Assembly: GCA_965645245.1 (NCBI GenBank)
Contig: OZ287068.1
Location: 2,418,001 to 2,482,000, forward strand
Direction: 5' to 3'
Length of the DNA: 64,000 nucleotides
DNA from: Massalongia carnosa
Taxonomy: Eukaryota
The position numbers and the translations under genes were made by a program. The first letter of the stretch is position 1; each line of letters starts with the position of its first letter. Positions 38,635 to 49,821 of the stretch are shown in pieces. The notes beneath the pieces were generated by a model. That model worked only from the letters and a program-made list of their open reading frames with translations, was not told the origin of the DNA and did no database searches.

Positions 38635-39633
38635 ATGTCCGCTAATGCTCTCCCAAAGTCAATGAAAGCACTGATACACAATATCGAGACTCAGAAATTA
38701 ATTTTCACGTCTGTCGAGGTTCCCACTCCGTCCTCGGCGGAGTATCTGGTTCGCGTTCATGCTGTGACTTTGTCTGCCGGCGAGTTGTTCTGGACGAGAC
38801 CCGAAGAACTGACAGAATCCATTCCGGGCGTTGAATTCGCCGGCGAGGTCGTTACCTCTCCCCAAACATCCCGTTTCCAGCCGGGCGACGAGGTCTACGC
38901 TCGTACTACGTTCCCGCGGCCAGGAGCGGCCAGGGAGTATACTATAGCTTTGGAGCACGAATTGGCGCGCAAACCGTCGAACCTAACAGCGGAGGAGGCG
39001 GTTAGCGTGCCCATGTCGGCGGAGACGGCATGGCAGGCTCTGTTTGTTCATGGAGGTCTGTCCGCTCCCGAGGTTGGGAAGAAGGCAAATGAGAATAGAG
39101 GGAAGAGGGTGCTCGTGACCGGAGCATCGGGCGGTTGTGGCGTATGGATCGTTCAGCTCGCGAAAGCTGCAGGCGCCTACGTCGTTGGTACGTGCGGACC
39201 TCAGAACCAAGAACTCGTCCGAGGCCTAGGAGCGGATGAGGTGCTGGATTACTCGAAGACCGGGCCAAAAGCCTGGACGGAGGCGGATGAAGCGAGAAAG
39301 GTCGATTTGGTGGTAGATTGCGTGGGGGGCGCTTCCCTCGACGAGGCCTGGACTGCTGTCAAAGATGGCGGGCTGGTGCTGACCATTGCCCCCAAACCCG
39401 GTTATGCCCAGCCAACGAGACCATCCGAAGGCGTGGGGAGAGACGTCAGCGGTCGCTTTTTCATCATGACGGCGGATGGCAGTCAGCTTGAAAAAGTCAC
39501 GCGGTTGATTGAAGAGGGAGTCTATAAGCCTTTGGTAGATAGCGTGTGGAAATTCGAAGATTGGGAGAAAGCGTTGGAGAAGGTGAACGGAGGCCATGCG
39601 AGAGGGAAGGTTGTTTTGCGCATCAAGGAATAG
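38635..39633 (+). CDS. NADPH:quinone reductase-like MDR oxidoreductase
   Basis: Single exon. IPGVEFAGEV, VLVTGASGGCG, LGADEVLDY and GHARGKVVL. Confidence 0.9.
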   Translation: MSANALPKSMKALIHNIETQKLIFTSVEVPTPSSAEYLVRVHAVTLSAGELFWTRPEELTESIPGVEFAGEVVTSPQTSRFQPGDEVYARTTFPRPGAAREYTIALEHELARKPSNLTAEEAVSVPMSAETAWQALFVHGGLSAPEVGKKANENRGKRVLVTGASGGCGVWIVQLAKAAGAYVVGTCGPQNQELVRGLGADEVLDYSKTGPKAWTEADEARKVDLVVDCVGGASLDEAWTAVKDGGLVLTIAPKPGYAQPTRPSEGVGRDVSGRFFIMTADGSQLEKVTRLIEEGVYKPLVDSVWKFEDWEKALEKVNGGHARGKVVLRIKE

Positions 39634-40391
39634 GGGGTTGAGTGATCTCCTTCAGTAATGAAGAAGGGGGTTTGGACATTTTTTTTGGCAAAATTTTCTC
39701 TCCATTTCGATAGAATATGAACCATTCTCCATACCTGCTCTCTCCCATCATATCGCTCTGAACTACCGACGTAAATCCTTTGAAACGGAAATTGATACTT
39801 TGTGCTCTGTGTACACCCTGATCATGAATGCGGCCTGATATCATCAACAAAAATACTAGTCTAGTCTCTTCTCGAAGGATGAAGTAGTTAGTCGGAGACA
39901 CATCCTATGTAGAGTTATGGTAGGGTAAAGTTGTTGGATAACACGGATAGGTACTCATCCGATGAGCTTCTGAGTGGAAGCTTCTAGGGTGGAAACGGGG
40001 ATCTTGACTTGAAAATATGTATAGCTTTTGTCGAGCTCTTGATTTTAAAAACAGTTACATTTGAGACGTGATAACCTGATTGATGAACATTAATTTAGGA
40101 GGTGCTGATGAAATATCTTACCTAAAATTGTATGATTTGATTAAATATAGATTTTGAATGCGGACCCCTAACTTTATTTCCAAAGTCTTGGCATGATGCA
40201 GTAAACATGACTCCATTTAGATTTTTTTTTTTGCAATAGCCAATGTCGTCATGACAGTCTGGGTTTATTGACCGACCTGTGTTCCTGGCCTCAGTTTCTG
40301 TAACGTTAATCATATCATCAACTCACCCCAATCGAAAAGGTGGTGTAAGCGTGTTGTGAGATTCCAAGAAAGTTCTTACTTTGGAAGAAAT

Positions 40392-42196
40392 ATGCCCCAG
40401 ACACGCGCTCAGAGCGGAGTCACCCCTAGGTATATGTGAACCCAATGCAATCCGGCCCTGCCCCCATCTTAACCACTCTTAACAAAGATTGATCGCTAAC
40501 TTAGTTATAGGAAAACCGAGCATCCTGGATACGTTGAGACGCCAACGTATCGTAGACGAACTCGTCAGTCAATTACTCCTGACATCCAGCATAGAGACTT
40601 GGACAGAAATGGATTCCTGAACGTGAACGGTGACGGAAAACTAAAAAAACTAAACGGTAAGCCTTCGAATCGACAGAAGACGGATGAAACTCCGAAGGCC
40701 AATGGCATCCTATCCAACGGCTCAGCACATAAACATAAGGAAGAGGGCAAGGACTCGCGTATAGATTACACCGGGCACTTTGAGTTTGGTGGCTCTTGGG
40801 GCGTCAGTGCAATGATGCTTGGTTTTCCAATGCTCATGTACTACATGTGGATCGGCGCAACGTACTACGACGGTCGCTTTCCGCTACCGTCCAAAGGAGA
40901 GAGCTGGGTGCAGTTTTCGAGGCACCTAGCGAACCTGATATATGAAGGCGCGTTTCCATCAGCAAAAGCTTGGACCATGTACTGGACCTTCTTCCTGTTC
41001 GAAGCTGTATGCTACATTTATCTGCCAGGCATCACGGTCATGGGGAAACCGTTAGAACACGAGGGTGGTAGGCGTCTCACCTACTATTGTTCCGGGCTAT
41101 GGTCTTTCTATGTCACAATTGGATTGCTGTTCGTACTCCACGTTACTGGATTTTTCAAGCTTTACACCATCATAGATGAATTTGGACCCCTGATGTCTGT
41201 AGCCATCATTTCTGGCTTTCTGGTTTCGCTATTTGCATATTTTTCTGCGCAATATCGAGGAGCGGAGCATCGAATGACGGGTTATTTCCTTTACGACTTC
41301 TTCATGGGCGCGGAGCTGAATCCAAGGATGTTCGGAATCTTGGATTTCAAGATGTTCTTCGAGGTCAGGTTGCCATGGTACATCTTGCTCATGGTGACAT
41401 GTGCTACCGCAGCCCGCCAGTATGAGAAATTTGGCTGGGTTTCGGGGGAAGTGGCATTTCTCGTCATGGCCCATTTCCTATACGCGAATGCTTGCGCAAA
41501 AGGAGAAGAGTGTATCGTCACCACATGGTAAGCAAAAGGATCAACTCTAAAATTTTTGGAGGTTTCTCACCGATCATAAGGGATATGTACTACGAGAAAT
41601 GGGGTTTCATGCTCATCTTCTGGAACATGGCCGGGGTTCCGCTAAGCTACTGCCATTGTACACTTTACTTGGCGAACCATGCCCCTTCGATGTACCGTTG
41701 GAACCGCTACGCGCTTGTCCTGCTGTACATTTCCTACCTCGTTGTGTACTGGATCTGGGACACCACCAACAGCCAGAAGAATCGTTTCAGGCAACAAGAA
41801 CGGGGTACGCTGCTGGAGCGGAAAGCTTTCCCCCAGCTGCCATGGCAAACGGTCAAAACCCCTAAAACCATCCAGACCAAGAGCGGCGATGCGATTCTGG
41901 TGGACGGATGGTGTAGGTTTCCCAATCCGCTCGACTCGTTGGTCGGTATACTTATCCAAATTGCAGATGGCTATGCGCGCAAGATACATTACACCGCCGA
42001 TCTCTATTTCGCCTTGACCTGGGGTCTGATTACGGGCTTCGATAGTCCCTTTCCATGGTTTTATCCCATCTTCTTCGCAGCCATGATTTCTCATCGCGCC
42101 ATTCGAGACATACAGCGGTGCCAAGCCAAGTACGGGGAGGCGTGGGAGGAGTACACGAGGCAGGTCCCGTATCTTTTCATACCATATGTATTTTAG
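40392..42196 (+). CDS. ERG4: Delta24(24(1))-sterol reductase, 4 exons
   Basis: [58 protein letters not shown] and [15 protein letters not shown]. Introns at ~40430-40510, 41528-41580 and 41912-41967. Confidence 0.95.
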
Positions 42197-42801
42197 CCCG
42201 TCGATTTGGCTTTTTTCTGTATTTCGATGTGTACAGGGCGCTACCACATCGTACACGTGTGGTTTAGGATATCATTGTTAATCTGTAATGTTAATCCATC
42301 GGGATACCCCTGGCTGCTCCATCTGATCCCTTCGACGTACCCTGTGCTGTCTCATTGTCGCAGCGATGAAGGAACGATATCTGCTATGCTCAGGGGTTTG
42401 AACTATCGGGACAGGCCACCCCTGCATCACTGGCCTCCCAAGTCCATGATAGACCTTATGAGAAATGATCGTAACACCAAAGAAAGGGGGTTAGGCTGAC
42501 GGTATCGAGGATGTCACATGATTTGATTAACGTCAAAGAGGAGACGAAAGGGATAGCTGGGTGGGACGTGAATTGAGCAACTATCAAACATTACTGTTAC
42601 TTCCGGCTGTTGGAAAAAGGAGAATTCCTATCACTAGGTCCCTTTCGTTGATTTCGGAGGTTTCGGGGAACCGAACCCTAGAGTTACAAGCAAAGTTTAG
42701 ATACTTATATATCGCCCATCTCTTCTCCCGGGCCGCTCCTGCTTGACTTCTCCCCATCCGCCACCTTTCCCCTTTCCCGGACTAACTACCTATTCCCAAA
42801 C

Positions 42802-44187
42802 ATGTTGATCACCGAAAGTTTTCAAGATGTCTCCACCCACGCCGACGGGAACGGAAGTATTAGTATGTACGGAGTACCTACATACCTACTAGTTATTGAT
42901 CTTCTACCCCACAAAACAAGCCGCGTGAAATTTGGCTAAACGGACTCTCTACTAACTCCCCCCCCCCTTTTTTCTCGCAACAGGAATCTTCATCTTCCAT
43001 CCCACCGTCCCGAACTTCCCTCGCGCCCGCTTCCCTGGCGTGGTGGTGTTTAGTGAAATTTATCAAGGCAAGCTTAACATACATACATATCCACACCCAA
43101 ATCCTATCTAATACATATACTGGGACACGCGAAAATGCCCTTTCGTATCTACGTATAAAGGCTATCTATACCAATTAAGTTTACTAATACACGCATATTT
43201 AACCAGTGACGGGCCCCGTGGCGAGGTTCGCCCGGCAGATAGCGGGGCATGGATATATTGTTGCGGCGCCGTCCTCGTACCACGAGTTCACGGGCCCGGA
43301 GCCCCTCGAATATGACGGGCCCGGCACCGATGCGGGAAACAAGTGGAAGGTGGAGAAGGTAAGCTGGGATACTTCTATTTCCTCCTCATTCCCCGTTATG
43401 TCCCACATATACCTATATACCTACATGTGTATCTCACCAACCCCCCCGTAAAGAAACTGTCCGCCTACGATGAAGACGCCGCGCTGGCCGTGTCCGCGCT
43501 CCTGCACCTGAAAACCTGCAACGGGAGAATCGGCGCGACGGGCATGTGTCTGGGCGGCCATCTAGCCTATCGCGCCGCACTCGACGCGCGCGTGGCGGCC
43601 GCGGTGTGTTACTTTGCAACGGATCTTCACGGGCGTTCGCTCGGGCTGGGTATGCGGGACGATAGCCTGGAGAGGGCGGGTGAGGTTGGGGGGGAGTTGA
43701 TCATGGTGAGATGGTTTTCTTGTCTTGTCTCATCTTGGCTCCGCTCCGCTTGGCTGTTTCGTCGTTTTGGGGGGAAGGGGGAAGGGAGAAGGGGGGGGCT
43801 TATGACTTTTCGCAGATCTTCGGCAAGAGGGACAATCACGTTCCCCCCGAGGGGCGGGACTTGATCCGGAAGACCCTACACGAGAAAGGGGTCTGTTTCA
43901 GCTTCTATGAAGTGGCTCACGCACAGCGTTAGTTTCCCTCCCCTTTTTCTTCTTCTTTTTTCAGGGGTAAATGAATGCTCTGCGGGGCCTGCTTATTTGT
44001 TGCCGTCATTAACTCTACGTACTCATACATAGACGCCTTCATCCGCGACGAGCTTAGCAAAGGCCGCTACGACCCCGCCGTGTCGGGCGTCTGCTTCCAG
44101 ATGCTGCTGGAGCTGTTTGGGCGCGTGCTGAACGTGGATCTGGGGCCGCGTGATGGAGGGGAGGTGGGCGGGGAGGAGGGGTGTTAG
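42802..44187 (+). CDS. Dienelactone hydrolase family protein, multi-exon
   Basis: MLITESFQDV, VVVFSEIYQVTGPVARF, nucleophile motif GMCLGG, IFGKRDNHVP and AFIRDELSKGRYDPA. Confidence 0.9.
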
Positions 44188-44653
44188 GTTGGGAGGGGGA
44201 TTTTTGGATATTTAAGGACAGAATAATACGGTGTCCAGAAGTCTTGATTTAGGGATGGATGGGGATGGAAATACTGGTTGGATGAGAAAACGGCTGATAA
44301 TACGTATACGATGACATAGGTGGAGAAAAATGGAGATGCTATGTAAGGTATTTTTGGCTGTCATTGGGAAAGACTTATTCCGTAGTGAGTTAGTTTATCA
44401 AACATAATTAACAGCAGTGGTCAGAAGTGCGCAGTTAACTAACTCAACGAATGAACGAATAATTATTTCTATTATCGTATATATATACACACATACATAC
44501 ATATAACTTTTCTAGGTATTTATTACTGCTATGTATGTACGTATGTATAGACAAGCGCGCATTTTTACATTTGTACGTAGATAGGGATAAAGAGAGGTAG
44601 GTAGGTAGCCAGAAACGGGGAGGACTAGTTATTGGGGAAGAAGCTTTAGTGAT

Positions 44654-45749
44654 GATGATGATGTATTCATACTCCAATATGTCACCGGCCGTAGGCCGGC
44701 CCATGCGGGCAAAGCTATCTAAGTTATGTTACATGGAAAACCTTTTTCAGGTGTAAAAACCATATCCCTTGATACCTGTCCGATGTGACACCGGGTCGAC
44801 GTCGGACAGGAGACGCAGAGCGAAAATATTGTGAGAACTGTGACGCCTTGTGAGATGGGAAGGAAAAGATAAGTGAAACTACTGTTGATTGTACAATAGT
44901 GTAGATGTCAGTGAGAAGTGGGTCAGTAGACCTGTTTTCATTAGTCAAGCAGTTAATATCTTTAGAGTTTTTGATGTTTCGGTTAGCTGTTGATAGTTGT
45001 TCGTGCCAGCGGCGCGAAACATCTGTTCTCTATTGTCAATAAGTCTACAGAACATGATTACGTGTTCTGGAGTTTGTCTGTGTCAGTCACATGGGCAGGC
45101 CGGTGAGGTGACGGCGGGGACCCGTCGCTGATAGAGGAAGTCAGCTAGACCGATCTTACCGGTGCGGATCTGTGTTGGCAGGGCGCTTTCTGTCTTTTTT
45201 AGCAGCGTGTGTGTTTTCAGTCGTTTTTTGTCCAGTGGGACTGATTGCGCTATGAAGGGTTCGGTGACGCGATTTTGATATGCGCTTCACGAGTCGTTTC
45301 AGAATTTCAGCTATCGTGCTTTAATTGTCCGCATTTGTTTTTGACGAGCCAACGCTGCTACGGAGACTTCGCGGTGGGGGGGGGGGGGGGGGGGGGGGTC
45401 GGACCATGGTGGGTGTGCTTTGGGTGGTTGAACGATTTTTGCGTCGATCAGTAGGTTTTTGGCTCAGGTGTGCTTCAGCTCTCTTGGAGTGGATTTTTGA
45501 AGGTGTTTGCGACCTGCCTTGCCTCGGAGTTTGTTAACTATTTTACTGCATGCGGAAGAAATGACCTTCGATTGACCTCCGGCTCGGAGTCGATGTCTGG
45601 CCTGCGCCTGTAAAGTGTCGAGGTGTACATCTATTGCTATGTATGTCTCTGCTTCAAGAACTGGAATGGGAGTGGCTTTAAAGGCACCGGTTGTGGTGCG
45701 AAGGCAGTTGTTATGCATAACGGAGAGCTTACTCGTTGACGTTTTTGAT
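44654..45749 (-). mobile_element. 5'-truncated Tad-like LINE copy
   Basis: Homologous to ~49822-50915, with a (CAT)n tail. 14-bp TSD GAAGCTTTAGTGAT at 44640-44653 and 45750-45763. Confidence 0.93.
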
Positions 45750-47104
45750 GAAGCTTTAGTGATAGAATCTAGGAAAGAAAGAATTTGACAATCGAAAAGA
45801 TAGCAATAACAATGGGGAAGTATAGATCTTTATTTTTTGATGACGGGGAGACCACTTCAAATATCTACACCTTTCGTTCACAATGTCTCTTATATATGGG
45901 GAGAGAGAGAGAGAGAGAGAAAGCCCTAGTCTATGATGAGTTATTAGATGAAGGCATTATTATTGTAGTTGGGTTTCCCGTTCATCTCTAGTTGCCGGTG
46001 GACTCGATCCTTTAGCGACCTGCTGCACAGGGGGAGACTTGGAGAAGAGGTTTCGAAGCTGTGGTAATACGGATTGTGGCCTGCTTCGCCACCGCTTAGG
46101 CCGGGTTGATGCGGAAGAGTGTAAATAAGGAGGGAGGGGCGAGAGATCCTCTCAGTTCTTATCTTTATTCTCCATTATTCTCGCTGATGGTCTCTGAGAC
46201 ATCTTTCTCTTTCTTCTCACGTTCTTCTTCCCGGTCGAATTAAAGACATTTTAATTTTTGTAATTTCTATCGGTTGCATTTCGGGGCTCAGCATCATTTT
46301 TGAATGGGTTCATTTTTGTGTTAACAGCTGGTCGCTTCGGGGAAGTTGTCGGTGGGTTCGTTCTAGGTTTTGAGGACACGTGATTATCAAAGAACCCCTG
46401 TGTTTGAAAGATGAGGAAGCGTGCGTCAAGGGAGGCAATGTCTTCTTTAGAGATTCATGCCCTCTCAGCGGCCAGTTTTCTTCTATCTTTCTTTACCAGA
46501 TCCAGATGTTTCTTTGCCGCCATTAAGTCCACATACAGTAGCCTGGTACTCGATCATCGATGTCTCGAGAGACGTGGAGGAGATTCATAAAGAAAACGGT
46601 TAGACTTGATGGTGAAGTGCTCAAGGAGATATTTCCTGCTCTTTGGCACGTGGAGCGAAGGACTCGTCATATCTTTACTAGCATAATGATATTATGGCTG
46701 AGTGAGTTTTTTTCGTTCAAGTTCAGTCGTGCTTCTTTCTGCACCAGCAGTACAAAAATTACCGATAAAGTCTCGGTTGCTGATCCCCTGCGCTTATTCA
46801 AACCCACAGCCATCTCAAACAGGTTGAAGGAAGCGTAGTATTGCTCAGGGAAAGGCTTCGCTGCGATGGAGCGCTATTGCAAGCCTATCATTGGTTCTTC
46901 GCATTGAAGCTCTATGACGACAATCATTTGCCCTGTGATGAGCAAATAGTGAGACAGTAGTGTTCGAGACGAAGAAACTTGATTTATGTAAAAGCTCTCT
47001 TGGATGAGCATCATCTCTCAAAAGTATCATGAGAATCCTACGTCGATAGCAGCCATGGAGGTGAACATCATCCGCGCTGCCGACATATCCAATGCCATTT
47101 GTGA

Positions 47105-49348
47105 TCAAATTGTCGGATCCATCTTCATTATGTTCATCATGTTGTCTTCGTCATTAAGCTCCTTCGCCCCTATTATTTGATTTCTCTTCCGATTTGGCGA
47201 CATCGGTAATAGAGCCGGTCAGATGGCCTTCAATATCTTAGCCCGCTCAAAGTCGATCACTACGACCCGCTTCGTCTCCTCATTCCAAAGTAAGTTCGAC
47301 ATTCGTATATCTCGGTGCAAAACCCCAGCTCCGTGAATGGCATTGACTGCGTGGACCAGGTCGGACGTCCACATCTGCCGCTCCGTGCCGTTGGGTATCC
47401 TGCTGCCATACAGACACTCTCCGGATCAGGACAAGAGCAACATGTGAATGATACAAATTCCTGCATCGTAGTAGTACGGTTTATTCAGGTCAATATTACC
47501 TAAACAGACTGGAACGTAAACTCCCTGGACTGTCATCAGCAGCCGATAGACCTCAGCTTCGTGTCGAAGGTCCTTCACAAAAGCCAGGACTGTCCCTTTG
47601 GCCAGTAGCGTGTATCCGTATGACGTCAGCGTGACCATGAAAAGAGCTCCTCGGGCGCCCTGCTTTCCCAACGGCTGACAAGCGTCACTTCGATTCTGCC
47701 GAAGCTGTACTTCCAGGAGCATCCGGAATTTCTCACCATCGAGCTGATGCCGATCGCCCTGATGCCATTTCTCGCAGTGGTTCGATAAATTCGGGCAACG
47801 ACGGTCAAGCGGTCCTCCTCGAGCCAGTCATTGCAAGCATGATTGCGTACAGAATGAACGTCTTTGGTCTCCGCGCGAGGAAGAATTTGCGCCTCGCGGA
47901 GGACGAGCACGCTGACTTCCTATGCCGCGTATGCGGCCTTGAGGTCGAGATGGAGTATCGTGTTGAAAAGATTCATCATCAGTCGGGGGGGGGGGGAGTC
48001 CTGGTCGTCATTGAAAGTAGTATTAGACACTGAACGACAAGAAACCTTCCTTGGGCGGAGACGTTGACGAATGGGAGATCGGACGAGAACGTCGAGGCTG
48101 TATGTTTGCGAACGATATTCACGGTGATTTTTCTGCAGTTTCTGGAGTTTCGGGGATTTCCTTGAGAATGGCGATATAATCCACCTCCCAGATTTCGAGT
48201 GCGTCTATGAGATCCTCACGCCATTCCCAATTTCCTTGAGCTGACTCAAGAGCAAGGATACTGAAGGCTAAGACTTGACTGATGGCAGTGCGATGCAGGT
48301 AATCATCAGTGCTTGTAAAATCTTCGTTCTGCGCGTTTACGTCCCTGTTGGGTTCGGCCAAGTGATAATAGGCTATCTTCACATTATCCTCCAGCTTGAT
48401 ATGAAGGAAAACGAAAGCCTCTCCCGTGGTGATATAACCATACTGAGTTCCGCTCCTAACCATGTAAGAAAAGGTCTGGGTCACGACGGCGGCCACCAGT
48501 CGTGACCGGCATGATATTCAAAATGGGTGACGGTGCCCTCTGGTCCCGGCATCCAGACCCAGTTGATAAAATGGTCTACCTCCATCTTGGCACGACCAGG
48601 GTGAAGGACCTGGCGCAGCACGGCGAGTGTGAGCTTGTGGGGTGGTTTGTACTCAACAACAAGGGCCGGCTTCCGAAGGCCCTCCACCGTAGTGTAGACA
48701 CAAATCTGATCTGGCCGGGGACGAGGTTTAGAAAGGACAGGATGGTGAGGCGTGGAAGGTTGCAGGTGTTGAGCTTCAAGCCTCTGGGCAACTTCCTCGG
48801 CGTCATCGCTCAAGGCATTCATATGATTATCAAATGTAATTCCTCCAGTCAGTCCAAACTCACTTTGCATGTCATCCAGGGACTGCAGATGTTCCACAAT
48901 TAGGGTAACCGGCGTTTCCACAACTTCTCGTTGAAGGTTCTGAAGGTCGTTCTCACTCGCCTGTTTCCGTGACGTCACTCTTGCACCAAGAGTCTTGATG
49001 AAATGGCTGCTTTCGAAGACTCTGGGCATGTTATCGAGTGGATAGAGGGAATAAAGCAGCTCTAAAGTTTCCTTGTGTTTCGAGAAAGTCTTCCCACGAA
49101 TGTAGATAGTCCGGACGGATTTTGGCCTTCGCATTGCTGGGATCTCCTTGAGTGCTTTGAGACTTGACAGTTTGAATGGATATCGACTTCGACAAATGTT
49201 CATGACAGAGATCAAGGTATTCGATAAGGGTGGTTTGGCGAAGGCCCCGTTGGCCTTCTTGTTCGCGCAGTTCTGCTCGTTCTCGCAGCTCTTGCTCTTC
49301 TCGCAACAGTTGCCTTAATTCCTCGAGCTCCAGCGAATGTCGTGCCAT
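47105..49348 (-). pseudogene. Spok-family (spore-killer-like) nuclease-kinase gene, disrupted
   Basis: Coiled coil, then TTLIEYLDLCH, nuclease RPDQICV...VEYKPPHK...TQTFSYM...YGYITTG, Cys cluster FCTQSCL...CPN..H, and kinase GKQGARG...AKGT...HEAEVY...LHRDIRMSNLLW...IDFERA. Frameshifts near 49075 and 48497. Stops at 48119, 47828, 47426 and 47219. Confidence 0.85.
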
Positions 49349-49821
49349 ATTTGGGGCTGTCTTGATTAAAAGGTTGTTTTTAAAATGTGAGGGCGGGTTT
49401 ATTGCCTCAGTTACGGCGGACCAAACCCTCATAACGAAAAATCTAACTGTGATGTGCTTTCTCTTAAACTTCAACAGATATTTTTCAAAACATGTCGTCA
49501 GCATTTATTAATTTAAGTTCATACAAATCATACATCACATTTTTATTGCAGCGACACTGTAATATGTCAGAAATAAAAAATCTTTCGTTTGAAAATCACT
49601 TCGTACAAATTACGCCGCGAAACCGGTTGGGTTTTCGCCTCAAAATTGCTTTTTCGCCATCGGTTTTTCTCGTCGGAAGTCGATTATTTTTGAAACTCGA
49701 GAAACAGAAAATAAACTAAAGATAACTGAATTCTGATAATTACGAATCTTCGACAATTGAAGATTTAAATGAAGCATGATGCTCAGACTATTGAAATAGG
49801 TATATGTCTATAGCTATATGA

